From the NCBI GenBank assembly GCA_963702475.1, contig CAVPCT010000004.1, positions 224,001 to 288,000 of the forward strand: a stretch of DNA of 64,000 nt, given 5' to 3'. Below, in pieces: positions 9,520 through 18,129 of this stretch; position 1 is the stretch's first letter, and each line of letters starts with the position of its first letter. Source of the stretch: an uncultured Thermoleophilia bacterium. Its GTDB lineage: Bacteria > Actinomycetota > Thermoleophilia > UBA2241. The notes under the pieces were generated by a model. It saw only the letters and a list, made by a program, of their open reading frames with translations. It was not told the origin of the DNA and did not search any database. The position numbers and the translations under genes were made by a program.

Positions 9520-10905
9520 TCAGGAAATCTTCGCGAGGCGCCGCAGTCGCGCGTCGACGTCGGCATCGAGCGGCGGCGGGCGATGGCTCTCCACGATGCG
9601 GACCACACGCTCGTGAGCGCGGTCGAGGGCCGTCTGGCGACCCCCCGCCGCCCAGTAGCGATGCGGCAGGTCTTCGATCAGGGACGGCGCCGGGGACGGG
9701 GCGGGCGGGTGTGGCTCGGGATTCGACGGCGCCGGCTCGTCGAGGCCGGAGAGGTCGATGCCCTGTGCGATCGCGCGGGCCTGGCTGACCGTGTCCGCCG
9801 CCAGCGACATCTCCTCGTAGCTGAAGATGCGGCCCCCCGAGACCATGCCGACCCCGGTGAGCATGTCGACGCCTGCGGCCAGCGAGAGGAAGGTCGTGGT
9901 GGTGTCATCGAGCGCCGACTGCCAGCCCGGCTCCTTGGCCCCTGACGAGTTGATGCCGCACTGCGTGGGCAGTGAGTAGAAGCGGCCGATGTCGGCGACC
10001 GCGGCGCCCATGACGGTGTCTTCCGGGGCGCCGCCCGTGAAGTCCCCGCTTGTGAGGTCCATGATGCTCGGGATGAAGCAGACGAAGACCGGCGCCCGCG
10101 GGAACGCGGCCTGTACTACGCACACGGCGGCCAGCGCTTCGGCGATGCCCACGACCAGCGAGCCGGCCATGGTGATGGGCGTTGTGGACCCGCCCATGGG
10201 CATGGTCACGAACCCGACCGGCACGCCTGCTTCGGCGAACACCAGGCCGGCCTCCAGGGTACCGGCGTCATTGCCCAGGGGCGTGACGGTGCCCAGCAGG
10301 GCGCTCACGGGCGGCGCGTCACGCAGCGCCTCGGGCGAGCCCGCGACGGCGGCCGCCATGGCGACGGCGGCCTCGGCAAGGTCCGGCTCCACCACGGTGA
10401 CGGTCTGCACGTGCTTGCCTGTGTTGGCGATGGCCAGGTACAGCTCGTGCAGGCCGCGGACCTCCGTCGGCCTGTCCTGAGCGCTGACGGCGGGCCAGCA
10501 GAAGTCCACCTCGGGCATGGCGTCGACCACGCGAGAGATGGTGGCGACGTCGGCGGCGGCGGTCCCGCGCTTCTCGCCGCTGGTCAGGTCGTAGATCTCC
10601 ACGCAGCAGCCGTCAGTGGTGAGGAGCGCGCGGTCGCCGGTCACGAGCGGGCTTGCGGCTCTGGCGCCTAGCGTGAGGGTCGGCGGCGCCAGGGCCACCA
10701 ACCGCCGGACGAGCTCGGGTCGGAATCTCACGATGCCGCCCTGGGCCTCCGCGCCCTGAGCGACCAGGGCATCGACGGCGGCGGCGGAGGGGACAGAGAC
10801 GCCCACGCCGGCGAGCACCTCCATCGCCGCGGCGTCGAGCCGCTCCAGGTCGAGGCGCGAGAGGATCGTCAAGCGGCCGGCGCTGCCCACGCTGTGCTCG
10901 TGCAT
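9520..10905 (-). CDS. Trimethylamine methyltransferase (MttB) family protein, non-pyrrolysine (second paralog)
   Basis: 'LSRLDLERLDAAAMEVLAGVGV', 'GGSTTPITMAGSL', 'GGAPE', 'AHERVVRIVESHRPPPLD'; GGAGG SD before ATG 10905. Confidence 0.88.
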   Translation of the reverse strand: MHEHSVGSAGRLTILSRLDLERLDAAAMEVLAGVGVSVPSAAAVDALVAQGAEAQGGIVRFRPELVRRLVALAPPTLTLGARAASPLVTGDRALLTTDGCCVEIYDLTSGEKRGTAAADVATISRVVDAMPEVDFCWPAVSAQDRPTEVRGLHELYLAIANTGKHVQTVTVVEPDLAEAAVAMAAAVAGSPEALRDAPPVSALLGTVTPLGNDAGTLEAGLVFAEAGVPVGFVTMPMGGSTTPITMAGSLVVGIAEALAAVCVVQAAFPRAPVFVCFIPSIMDLTSGDFTGGAPEDTVMGAAVADIGRFYSLPTQCGINSSGAKEPGWQSALDDTTTTFLSLAAGVDMLTGVGMVSGGRIFSYEEMSLAADTVSQARAIAQGIDLSGLDEPAPSNPEPHPPAPSPAPSLIEDLPHRYWAAGGRQTALDRAHERVVRIVESHRPPPLDADVDARLRRLAKIS

Positions 10906-11069
10906 CTCGTCGTCTCCTCCAGCCTGCCGAGCCGCGCCGAGACCGGCGTGCGTGGCGCGGGAACGGCGGGAGTGTGCGGTGCACCTCGCGGCACACCCCA
11001 CGTTGAGCCCGCTGCGTAGCTCAATCTAGCACGTTTGTGGGCCCCGGGAGCCACGGGTACCATGGCCTC

Positions 11070-11828
11070 ATGGCCGTCAGCGAAGACAGCCCAGAGGCCG
11101 GCGCGCCGCGGCCCCGGCCTCGGCCTCGCCGCCGGCTCCTCCGCCGGCTAGGTGACGTGCTGCTCATCGCCGGCGGACTCGTGCTCGCCTACCCGTTCTG
11201 GTCGGCCGGCTACGCACAGGTGCAGCAGACCCGGCTCGACGCCGCCTACCACGACAGGGCGGCCGCGTTCGCCCCGGTGGCCGTGGCCGCGACCGAGGAG
11301 TCGCGAGCCGAGCACATCCCCAAGGACGAGGTCGTACGCCGCCTCGGCGTGCTGTTCGGCGCCCACCTGCGCGCGGGCGACCCCATCGGGCGGCTCCGCA
11401 TCCCGGCCATCGATCTCGATCGCCTGGTCCAGCAGGGCTCCCGCAGCGGCGGAGGGCTCGACCCGGATGCGGACCGCAGGCTGCTGCGCAACGGCCCCGT
11501 GCACTACGCCGTGACTCCCCTGCCCGGCGTCGGCGAGCCCTTCGCGGTCGCCGGCCACAGGACGACGTACGGTGCGCCGTTCTACCGGCTGGACAAGCTC
11601 AAGCGCGGGGACGCCGTCTTCGTCGAGACGCCTTACGCCCGCTTCCGCTATGCGGTCGCCAAGACCACCGTGGTACTTCCCACGGACGTGGGTGTGCTCT
11701 TCGACCGCGGCTACGGCCTGGTGCTGACCACCTGCACGCCGCCGTACAGCGCCAGCCACCGCCTCATCGTCTGGGCGGTGCTCGAACGGGTCACCCCGCT
11801 CAAGAAAGCGCCGGCGCCGGGCACCTGA
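11070..11828 (+). CDS. Sortase (class D/E-like)
   Basis: N-terminal TM helix, 'IGRLRIPAI', 'AGHRTTYGAPF' (His), 'LTTCTPPYSASHRLIV' (catalytic Cys/Arg). Confidence 0.92.
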   Translation: MAVSEDSPEAGAPRPRPRPRRRLLRRLGDVLLIAGGLVLAYPFWSAGYAQVQQTRLDAAYHDRAAAFAPVAVAATEESRAEHIPKDEVVRRLGVLFGAHLRAGDPIGRLRIPAIDLDRLVQQGSRSGGGLDPDADRRLLRNGPVHYAVTPLPGVGEPFAVAGHRTTYGAPFYRLDKLKRGDAVFVETPYARFRYAVAKTTVVLPTDVGVLFDRGYGLVLTTCTPPYSASHRLIVWAVLERVTPLKKAPAPGT

Positions 11829-11897
11829 CGCGGCCGGGGTCCCGTCGCCAAGCCGCACGGCGGCCGGAGGCCGGCCTCACCGAGGTGGCACCGGCGG

Positions 11898-13142
11898 TCA
11901 GGCGCCGGCTCCTGCCGTGCCGGGGTACGGCGGCCGCTCCTCCGAGGTGCCGTCGAGCAGCATGACCAGGAACTCCTCGCCCGCCTCACACCCGGGGAAC
12001 CCTGGCGGGATGAACGCCAGACTGTCGGCGAGCGCCATGGACCGGAGGATGGCAGAACCCTGGGGTCCGGTGGTGGTGAAACCCCAGCCGCGATCGCGGT
12101 GCACCACGCGGCAACGGCGCGCCTCGGTACGCGAGCGTGTGCCCCTCACCGCCTCTTCGGCAGCCGCGTACACGTGGGGGCGGTACAGGTCGCTGCGGCC
12201 CTGCAGCGCGAGGAGCGCCGGGCGGATGTAGAGCTCGAAGCTGACCATGGAGGCAACCGGGTTACCCGGAACGCCGAACACCAGCGTCTCATCGCGCACA
12301 CCGAAGGCCAGAGGCTTGCCGGGTTTCGTGGCCACGCCCCAGAAGCGCCGCTCTACGCCGAGCTCCTCCTGCACCTGCTTGACGAAGTCGAACTCGCCCA
12401 CCGAGACGCCTCCCGAGGTGATCACGACATCGTTCTTGAGGGCGGCCTCCAGGAGGCGTCGGGTCTCGTCGAGGTCGTCGCGCGCAATGCCGAGCAGGAT
12501 GGGGTCGCCGCCGGCGTTCGCCACCTGGGCGGCGGCGGTGAAGGAGTTCGAATTGCGGATCTGCCCGAGGCCCGGCTGCCTGCCGAGCGGCACCAGCTCG
12601 CTGCCCGTGGCGAGGATGGCGACGCGCGGCCGCGTGGCCACGTGGACGCTGGCGACCCCGATGGAGGCGAGCACGCCGATCTCGGCGGGACCCAACCGTG
12701 CTCCGCGGGGGACGACGACGTCGCCGGGAGCGATGTCTTCTGCGGCACGGCGCACGTTGGCGCCGGTCCTGGGCGCCTCCCGGACCTCCAGGAGATCGCC
12801 ACTCTGCGCCGTGTGCTCGACCTGCACCACGGTGTCGACGCCGGGCGGCAGAGGGGCGCCGGTCATGATCTTGGCGGCCTCGCCGGCCGCGAGCTCGGTG
12901 TCCCACCAGCGGCCGGCGGGGATGTCGACGACCACGCGGAACTCACGGCGCCCGGCCTCCAGCTCCGCGCCGCGCACCGCGTAGCCGTCCATGGCGGAGT
13001 TGTCGAAGGAGGGCACCGCCTCGGGCGAGACGATGTCGGCCGCGGCGGCGCGGCCGAGCGCGTCCTGCAGGGGCACGTCGCAGCCGGGCAGGGGGTGTAC
13101 CGCCGCAAGGACGGCGTCGAGTGCTTCGTGGATACCGATCAC
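11898..13142 (-). CDS. moeA: Molybdopterin molybdotransferase
   Basis: 'PSFDNSAMDGYAV', 'IMTGAPLP', 'ATGSEL', 'IRNSN', 'SGGVSVGEFD', 'KPGKP', 'PGNPVAS'. Confidence 0.95.
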   Translation of the reverse strand: MIGIHEALDAVLAAVHPLPGCDVPLQDALGRAAAADIVSPEAVPSFDNSAMDGYAVRGAELEAGRREFRVVVDIPAGRWWDTELAAGEAAKIMTGAPLPPGVDTVVQVEHTAQSGDLLEVREAPRTGANVRRAAEDIAPGDVVVPRGARLGPAEIGVLASIGVASVHVATRPRVAILATGSELVPLGRQPGLGQIRNSNSFTAAAQVANAGGDPILLGIARDDLDETRRLLEAALKNDVVITSGGVSVGEFDFVKQVQEELGVERRFWGVATKPGKPLAFGVRDETLVFGVPGNPVASMVSFELYIRPALLALQGRSDLYRPHVYAAAEEAVRGTRSRTEARRCRVVHRDRGWGFTTTGPQGSAILRSMALADSLAFIPPGFPGCEAGEEFLVMLLDGTSEERPPYPGTAGAGA

Positions 13143-13196
13143 GGAAGTCTCCAGAGGTCCGGGGGATGTGAAGTCATTTCTGCTTACGCATCTTAG

Positions 13197-13224
13197 TAAA
13201 CCCTGCGCACCTGTGGTCCGATTC
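13197..13224 (+). promoter_or_regulatory. Sigma-28/SigD-like promoter upstream of the FlgM-like ORF
   Basis: TAAA-N16-TCCGATTC against the consensus TAAA-N15/16-GCCGATAA/T. Confidence 0.45.
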
Positions 13225-13259
13225 ATCCACCGGGAAGACAAACGACCGAGGAGTCGATC

Positions 13260-13445
13260 GTGGAACGAGGCGACAGACCGAGCCGCGCCGAGATGGACCT
13301 CACGGGCTCCCGCAAGCGCCGGGTGCTGGCGCTCCGCGACCTGGTGGACAAGCTGGCCTACGAGATCCGGGCAGAGGACGTCGCCGACAGCATCATCAAG
13401 GACGCTCTGGTCGTCGCTCCCCCACAAGAGGAGCCACGACACTGA
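13260..13445 (+). CDS. Small FlgM-like (anti-sigma-28) protein
   Basis: 'RVLALRDLVDKLAYEIRAEDVADSII' resembles the FlgM C-terminal motif (kV..Lk..I..G.Y.vd...iA..ii); GAGGAG SD. Confidence 0.55.
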   Translation: MERGDRPSRAEMDLTGSRKRRVLALRDLVDKLAYEIRAEDVADSIIKDALVVAPPQEEPRH

Positions 13446-13794
13446 GCAGCAGCAGGCCGGCGGCCACGCCGGCCATGTCCACCAGGCCGTCGCTCGCCTG
13501 GAACTCCCGGTAGGGCAGGGGGATCTGCACCACCTCCATCGCCCACCCCAGCGCGACCGCCACCGCCCCCGCGAGCGCGAGGGCACGCGCCGCGATCCTC
13601 CACCCCCCGAACGCCACCGCCAGGGCGAACGCCAGGGCCGCGTACCCGATGAAGTGCCCGAGCGAGGCCACGAGGTTCTCGCGTGCGCCCACCGTCGCTT
13701 CCAGAGTCTCGTGTGTCGGGACGACCCCGAGCACCACGATGACGAGTGCCCAGGACGCAGCGAGCACCCGCCAGCCGCGCGGACCCCGCATCAC
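13396..13794 (-). CDS. VanZ-family membrane protein
   Basis: 'GHFIGYAAL', 'MEVVQIPLPYR...DGLVDMAG'; start overlaps the thiN stop. Confidence 0.8.
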   Translation of the reverse strand: MMRGPRGWRVLAASWALVIVVLGVVPTHETLEATVGARENLVASLGHFIGYAALAFALAVAFGGWRIAARALALAGAVAVALGWAMEVVQIPLPYREFQASDGLVDMAGVAAGLLLLSVVAPLVGERRPERP

Positions 13795-14486
13795 GCCGCG
13801 CGCCAGGGGCGGCAATGGCCGCCGTAGGTCTCGGTCCCGCTCTCGACGAGCACCGCCGCGACCCCTTCGTGCAGAGCGATGGCCGCGCCTTGCCTCGCGA
13901 CGCTGTTGCCGAGGCCGAGACAGGCGTCGACCGGCAGCGCCCCCCGCTCGAGCGGGTAGGCGAGTCCGGTCAGCGTGGCGGTCACGGCGGCGCCCAGCGG
14001 GACGAGCGAGACGCGGACGCCGGGCGGCGCATCCAGCACGACGCGCGCCGGCGCCATCAGGACACGCACCGTGAGTCGCGGTCCGACCAGGCGAGCGGGC
14101 ACGGCGGCCGCCTCAAGGCGCCGCAGCACGGCGAGATGGCCGAGGGTGTGGTCGAGGGCGCCGAGGGCGCCGACGAGGACCACCTCGCCGGCGCCGCGGC
14201 GCCGCGCCTCGTCCACGGCAAGCTCCCCGTCCGTCTCGTCTTTGCAGACCGGGTGACGGACCAGTTCGACGCCGGCCGACTCCAGTTCTGCCACACGGTC
14301 GGCGGGCAACGAGTCGAAGTCGCCGACCACGAGGTCCGGCAGGACCGCGGCGTCCAGCAGAAAGCCCGCGCCGCCGTCCGCCCCGACCACGAGGTCGGCC
14401 GCGGCTGCCCACCCCAGATAGTACGCCGCCTCCTCGTACACGCCGCCGAGGAAGACCACCGCCAGCCGGGCCGCCACGGCGGTCAC
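13791..14486 (-). CDS. thiN: Thiamine diphosphokinase
   Basis: 'VGADGGA', 'LVVGDFDSL', 'KDETDGELAV', 'DHTLGHL', 'GLAYPL', 'LGLGN'; GTGA overlap with thiT. Confidence 0.9.
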   Translation of the reverse strand: MTAVAARLAVVFLGGVYEEAAYYLGWAAAADLVVGADGGAGFLLDAAVLPDLVVGDFDSLPADRVAELESAGVELVRHPVCKDETDGELAVDEARRRGAGEVVLVGALGALDHTLGHLAVLRRLEAAAVPARLVGPRLTVRVLMAPARVVLDAPPGVRVSLVPLGAAVTATLTGLAYPLERGALPVDACLGLGNSVARQGAAIALHEGVAAVLVESGTETYGGHCRPWRAA

Positions 14487-15094
14487 TGCGGCGCTCTCCG
14501 CGACCGCCCCGGAAACGCCGCGTCGTAGGCCTTGAGCGCCGGGTAGAGCAGCAGCGTGGTGAGGATGCCCTCCGGCACCAGATACAGGAGATTGTACGTG
14601 GCGGCGTACAGCCAGGGAGCCTCCCAATCGGGCGCGTACGCGGCGAAGAAGATCAGACCCGAGAGAAAGTGGAAGACGAAGCGCGCGCCCAGCGCCAGGA
14701 GGACCGCGAGAGCCAGCGACTTCAAGCCGCGCACGTACACGAACCCGGCCGCGCACAGGGACATGAAGGCCAGCGGATAGTCCAGCGCCGCCTGTGCGGG
14801 GTGGTAGACGAACGCCCCCGGCAGGCCGAGTTGGAGCAGGCCGTACAGCAGGCCGGTGACTGCGGCAGGTACCACGCCGCGCCGCACCGCGATGAAGATG
14901 ATCGGCAGGAGCTCGAGGCTCACCGAACCGCCCTGGGGCATCACGAAGAGGCGCACCTGGCCAAGAACGGCGGCGAGCGCGATGGCGACTCCGATCTCGG
15001 CCAGGGCCCGGACTCCCCAACGGGCCGGATTGAGATTGAGGCGGTCCCCCATACCCATGGCGGGCGTGGGGGACGAGACGATCGGCGTGCTCAC
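14483..15094 (-). CDS. thiT: ECF-type thiamine transporter S component
   Basis: 'MPQGGSVSL', 'HPAQAALDYPLAF', 'RFVFHFLSGLIFFAAYAP', 'YAATYN'; preceded by a TPP riboswitch. Confidence 0.92.
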   Translation of the reverse strand: MSTPIVSSPTPAMGMGDRLNLNPARWGVRALAEIGVAIALAAVLGQVRLFVMPQGGSVSLELLPIIFIAVRRGVVPAAVTGLLYGLLQLGLPGAFVYHPAQAALDYPLAFMSLCAAGFVYVRGLKSLALAVLLALGARFVFHFLSGLIFFAAYAPDWEAPWLYAATYNLLYLVPEGILTTLLLYPALKAYDAAFPGRSRRAPQ

Positions 15095-15097
15095 GGC

Positions 15098-15226
15098 TGC
15101 TCTCCCTTCGCTGGCATTACCCAGCAGCGTCGACTGGACGCTGCCACCCCGAGGGGTGGTCAGGTACTACGCGTCGGCGCCAGGAAGCGCCTTCTCAGCT
15201 CCTCACGCGGGAGCTCCGCAGGACAT
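15098..15226 (-). ncRNA. TPP riboswitch (variant with two extra hairpins)
   Basis: Minus strand reads ...GGAGCUGAGA...ACCUGA[35-nt insert]CUGGGUAAUGCCAGCGAAGGGA, directly upstream of thiT. Confidence 0.9.
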
Positions 15227-15289
15227 CCATAGTCTACCTCAGGTGTTGGCTCGGTGGGCGACGTTTCATCAGGTGGTCCCACCGTTCAC

Positions 15290-15625
15290 AGTGACCTGTG
15301 GAGAATGTGGATAACTCCCTTTTACCACGCTTTCAGGCTCACAATCTCGGTGGACAACCCGTTCACGCACTCGACTTCCCTTGACAGCCGCGAGGCCGCC
15401 ACTTGACCGGGACGAATCTCCGTTTTGCAGGACTTTTTGGTGGACCCACAGATGCTGCGAGCCTGACACCCGACAGCCCTGCGGGAGCCCTGCTTCGGAC
15501 TATCCGATTCGTTGGGTCCGAGCTTGTGTGAAACCGCGCTTTCCACAACGTCCGCAAATTGGGCACGTTGCCCGGACGTGGATGGAGTGCTTTCCACAGT
15601 TACTGAACAGGCTGTGGACAACTCA
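15290..15625. other. DnaA-box cluster (oriC / dnaA operon promoter region)
   Basis: TGTGGATAA 15306-15314 (perfect), TGTGGAGAA 15297, GGTGGACAA 15349, CTTTCCACA 15539 and 15590, TGTGGACAA 15613; lower GC and non-coding. Confidence 0.8.
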
Positions 15626-15680
15626 CCCGTTCTCGCTGCAAATCCGCTTTTCATGGGGGTCCACGGAACGGAGCCGGCTC

Positions 15681-15689
15681 TGCTATACT
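15681..15689 (+). promoter_or_regulatory. Extended -10 promoter element for the ATPase-dnaA transcript
   Basis: TGcTATACT 10 nt upstream of ATG 15700 with no SD, so probably (near-)leaderless. Confidence 0.5.
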
Positions 15690-15699
15690 CTGCGCCCCC

Positions 15700-16557
15700 A
15701 TGGAGTCGTTCCTCGACAGGTTGCTGGCCGACCACGAGGCAGCCCGCCGGCAGCCCCGCGACGACCCCGGGACACGAGCCTCCGCCACCCTTGAGGAAGA
15801 GCCCGAGCCCCGCCCCGAACGCCCCGGGTCCCGGGTTCCCGAGGCGCCATTCGGGTCTGCCGCACCGCGCATCGCTATCTACGACACCCTCACGTCACCC
15901 CCGCGCGTCGTCAGCGTGGAAGAGGGGGATGTACCTGCTCTCATCGCCTCGTTGGCCGAGAAGACCTACCACTTCTGCCGTCAGCAGGGCGGACAGGTGC
16001 CGTACTCCGTGATCAACGAGCTCGTGGAGAATCTGCTGCACGCCTGCTTCCGGGATGTCGTCATCACGATCCTGGATGACGGCCAGACCATCCGCATCTC
16101 CGACCACGGCCCGGGCGTGGACGACAAAGAGCGCGCCTTTCTGCCGGGCTTCACGACCGCGACCGCCGAGCAGCGGCTCATCATCCGTGGTGTGGGCTCC
16201 GGCCTGCCTCTGGCGCGTGACTCGCTGCAGCTCCTGCGGGGGGTGCTCACCGTGGAGGACAACCTCGGCGGCGGTGCCGTGTTCACCATCAAGATGCCCG
16301 GTGCCGAGCCACCGGCGCCGGTGCCTGCGACCGCCCCGGCGGTGAAGGTCACCAACCGCCAGACCAAGGTCCTCGTGCTCCTCATGGAGCTCGGAGAGGC
16401 CGGCCCCACGGCGATCTCCAGGGAGTTGAACATGTCCTCGGCGACCGCGTTTCGCGAGTTCGTTGAACTGGAGAAGATCGGGTTGATACACTCGCGCGGC
16501 GAGGGCAAAAGGGCCTTGACCGAGGCGGGCGTCACCCTCCTCGAGAGCATCCTCTGA
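15700..16557 (+). CDS. GHKL (HATPase_c) ATP-binding protein with C-terminal winged helix-turn-helix
   Basis: N box 'ELVENLLHA', G1 'ISDHGPG', G2 'GVGSGLP', 'GGGAVFTI'; C-terminal 'GPTAISRELNMSSATAFREFVELEKIGLI'; no His phosphoacceptor domain. Confidence 0.85.
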   Translation: MESFLDRLLADHEAARRQPRDDPGTRASATLEEEPEPRPERPGSRVPEAPFGSAAPRIAIYDTLTSPPRVVSVEEGDVPALIASLAEKTYHFCRQQGGQVPYSVINELVENLLHACFRDVVITILDDGQTIRISDHGPGVDDKERAFLPGFTTATAEQRLIIRGVGSGLPLARDSLQLLRGVLTVEDNLGGGAVFTIKMPGAEPPAPVPATAPAVKVTNRQTKVLVLLMELGEAGPTAISRELNMSSATAFREFVELEKIGLIHSRGEGKRALTEAGVTLLESIL

Positions 16558-16617
16558 CCGACGACTCAACGCACCCGGGCGTGCCGCCGCATCCCGGAGT
16601 AGGGGGACGGGGCGCAA

Positions 16618-18057
16618 ACGGACGACCAGCTCACACTCATCTGGGACGAGGCGAAGAAGCTCCTCGCCGCGCGCATGCCCGAAGCCGCGTACCGCCTGTG
16701 GGTGGAGCGCATGCTGCCGCTCGGCTTCGACGACGGCAAGTTCGTCATCGCTGTGCCCAACGACTTCACCCGGGAGTGGATCGCCGACCGGCTGCTCCAT
16801 CCCATCACTGAATCGCTGGCCGCGGTGCTCGGCGACACCGTCGACGTCCGCGTGGTCGTCGACGCTCGCGCCGAGCTGGCCAAGGTGAGTGAAGAGGCGG
16901 CGGAGGGTCCGTCGGTGGGCGGCGGCGACAGTCCGGAGCCGGAAGAGGCCGCTCTCGCGCGCCCATCCCGGCCGCGCGGACGCAGGCGCGGGCTCAAGGA
17001 GGGCCGGCCCCGGGTCCTGGGCGACCTCAACCCGCGCTATGTCTTTGACCGCTTCGTCGTGGGGCCGGCCAACCAGTACGCAGCCGCCGTGGCGCAGAGC
17101 GTGGCCGAGGCGCCGGCCACGGCGTACAACCCCGTGTTCATCTACGCCGACACAGGTCTCGGCAAGACACATCTCATCCAGGCCATCGGCCACGCGGCCA
17201 TCGAGGCCCATCCCGACCTCACCATCCGCTACGTCACCGTGGAGCGGTTCACCGACGATTTCATCAATGCGGTGACCGACAAGGCCCGCATCGAAGGCTT
17301 CAAACAGACGTACCGCGAGAACGACGTGCTGCTCATCGACGACGTGCAGTTCCTGGCCGAGAAACAGCAGACCCAGGTGGAGTTCTTCCACACGTTCAAC
17401 GCGCTGTACGAGGCCGGCAAGCAGATCGTCATCACCAGCGACCGGCAACCGCGCGAGCTGGAGGCGCTCGAGGAGCGCCTGCGCTCGCGCTTCGGCCAAG
17501 GCGTCGTCGTCGACATCGGGCGTCCGGACCTCGAGACGCGCATCGCCATCCTCCGCACCCAGGTGAAGCGGGAGGGGTTCAAGATCGCCGAGCCCGAGGT
17601 GCTGGACTGGATCGCCTCGAAGGTGACCACCAACATCCGCGAGCTGCACGGGGCCCTCACGCGGGTGGTCAGCTACGCCTCGATCCACGGGCAGGACGTG
17701 ACCAGGGAGGTCGCGCGCGAGGCTCTCAAGGAGATCCTCCCCAAGGTGTACCAGCACCAGGTGACGGTGGAGATGGTGCAGGGCGAGGTCGCACGCCAGT
17801 TCGGCCTGCACGTGAACGACCTCCGTGGCAACCGCCGCACCCAGGACGTGGCGTACGCGCGGCACATCGCCATGTACCTCTCGCGCGACCTCACCGAGGC
17901 TTCCACGCCGGAGATCGGCCGGCGCTTCGGCGGCCGCGACCACAGCACGGTGCTGCACGGCGTGCGCAAGGTCGAGCGCCAACTCAAGGACGGCCACGAC
18001 CCACAGCTGCAGGATCTCGTCGAGCTCATCTCGGCTCGCCTCAAGTCGCCTCGCTGA
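16618..18057 (+). CDS. dnaA: Chromosomal replication initiator DnaA (probable ACG start)
   Basis: 'YNPVFIYADTGLGKTHL', 'LLIDDVQFL', 'EFFHTFN', 'NIRELHGAL', 'GGRDHSTVLH'; domain I continues upstream of ATG 16675 to ACG 16618. Confidence 0.97.
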   Translation, partial: TDDQLTLIWDEAKKLLAARMPEAAYRLWVERMLPLGFDDGKFVIAVPNDFTREWIADRLLHPITESLAAVLGDTVDVRVVVDARAELAKVSEEAAEGPSVGGGDSPEPEEAALARPSRPRGRRRGLKEGRPRVLGDLNPRYVFDRFVVGPANQYAAAVAQSVAEAPATAYNPVFIYADTGLGKTHLIQAIGHAAIEAHPDLTIRYVTVERFTDDFINAVTDKARIEGFKQTYRENDVLLIDDVQFLAEKQQTQVEFFHTFNALYEAGKQIVITSDRQPRELEALEERLRSRFGQGVVVDIGRPDLETRIAILRTQVKREGFKIAEPEVLDWIASKVTTNIRELHGALTRVVSYASIHGQDVTREVAREALKEILPKVYQHQVTVEMVQGEVARQFGLHVNDLRGNRRTQDVAYARHIAMYLSRDLTEASTPEIGRRFGGRDHSTVLHGVRKVERQLKDGHDPQLQDLVELISARLKSPR

Positions 18058-18129
18058 GACCCGTGGGCGCGACCCGTGTTCGGCAGGCGGTCGTGGCAGT
18101 CGCCTTCTGACGACCCTCGCGCGGCGCTT

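Noticed and set aside
143-10905. Pyrrolysine or selenocysteine recoding in the MttB genes
   Set aside because: Both ORFs are uninterrupted, with no in-frame TAG/TGA and no pyl/sel genes in the window.
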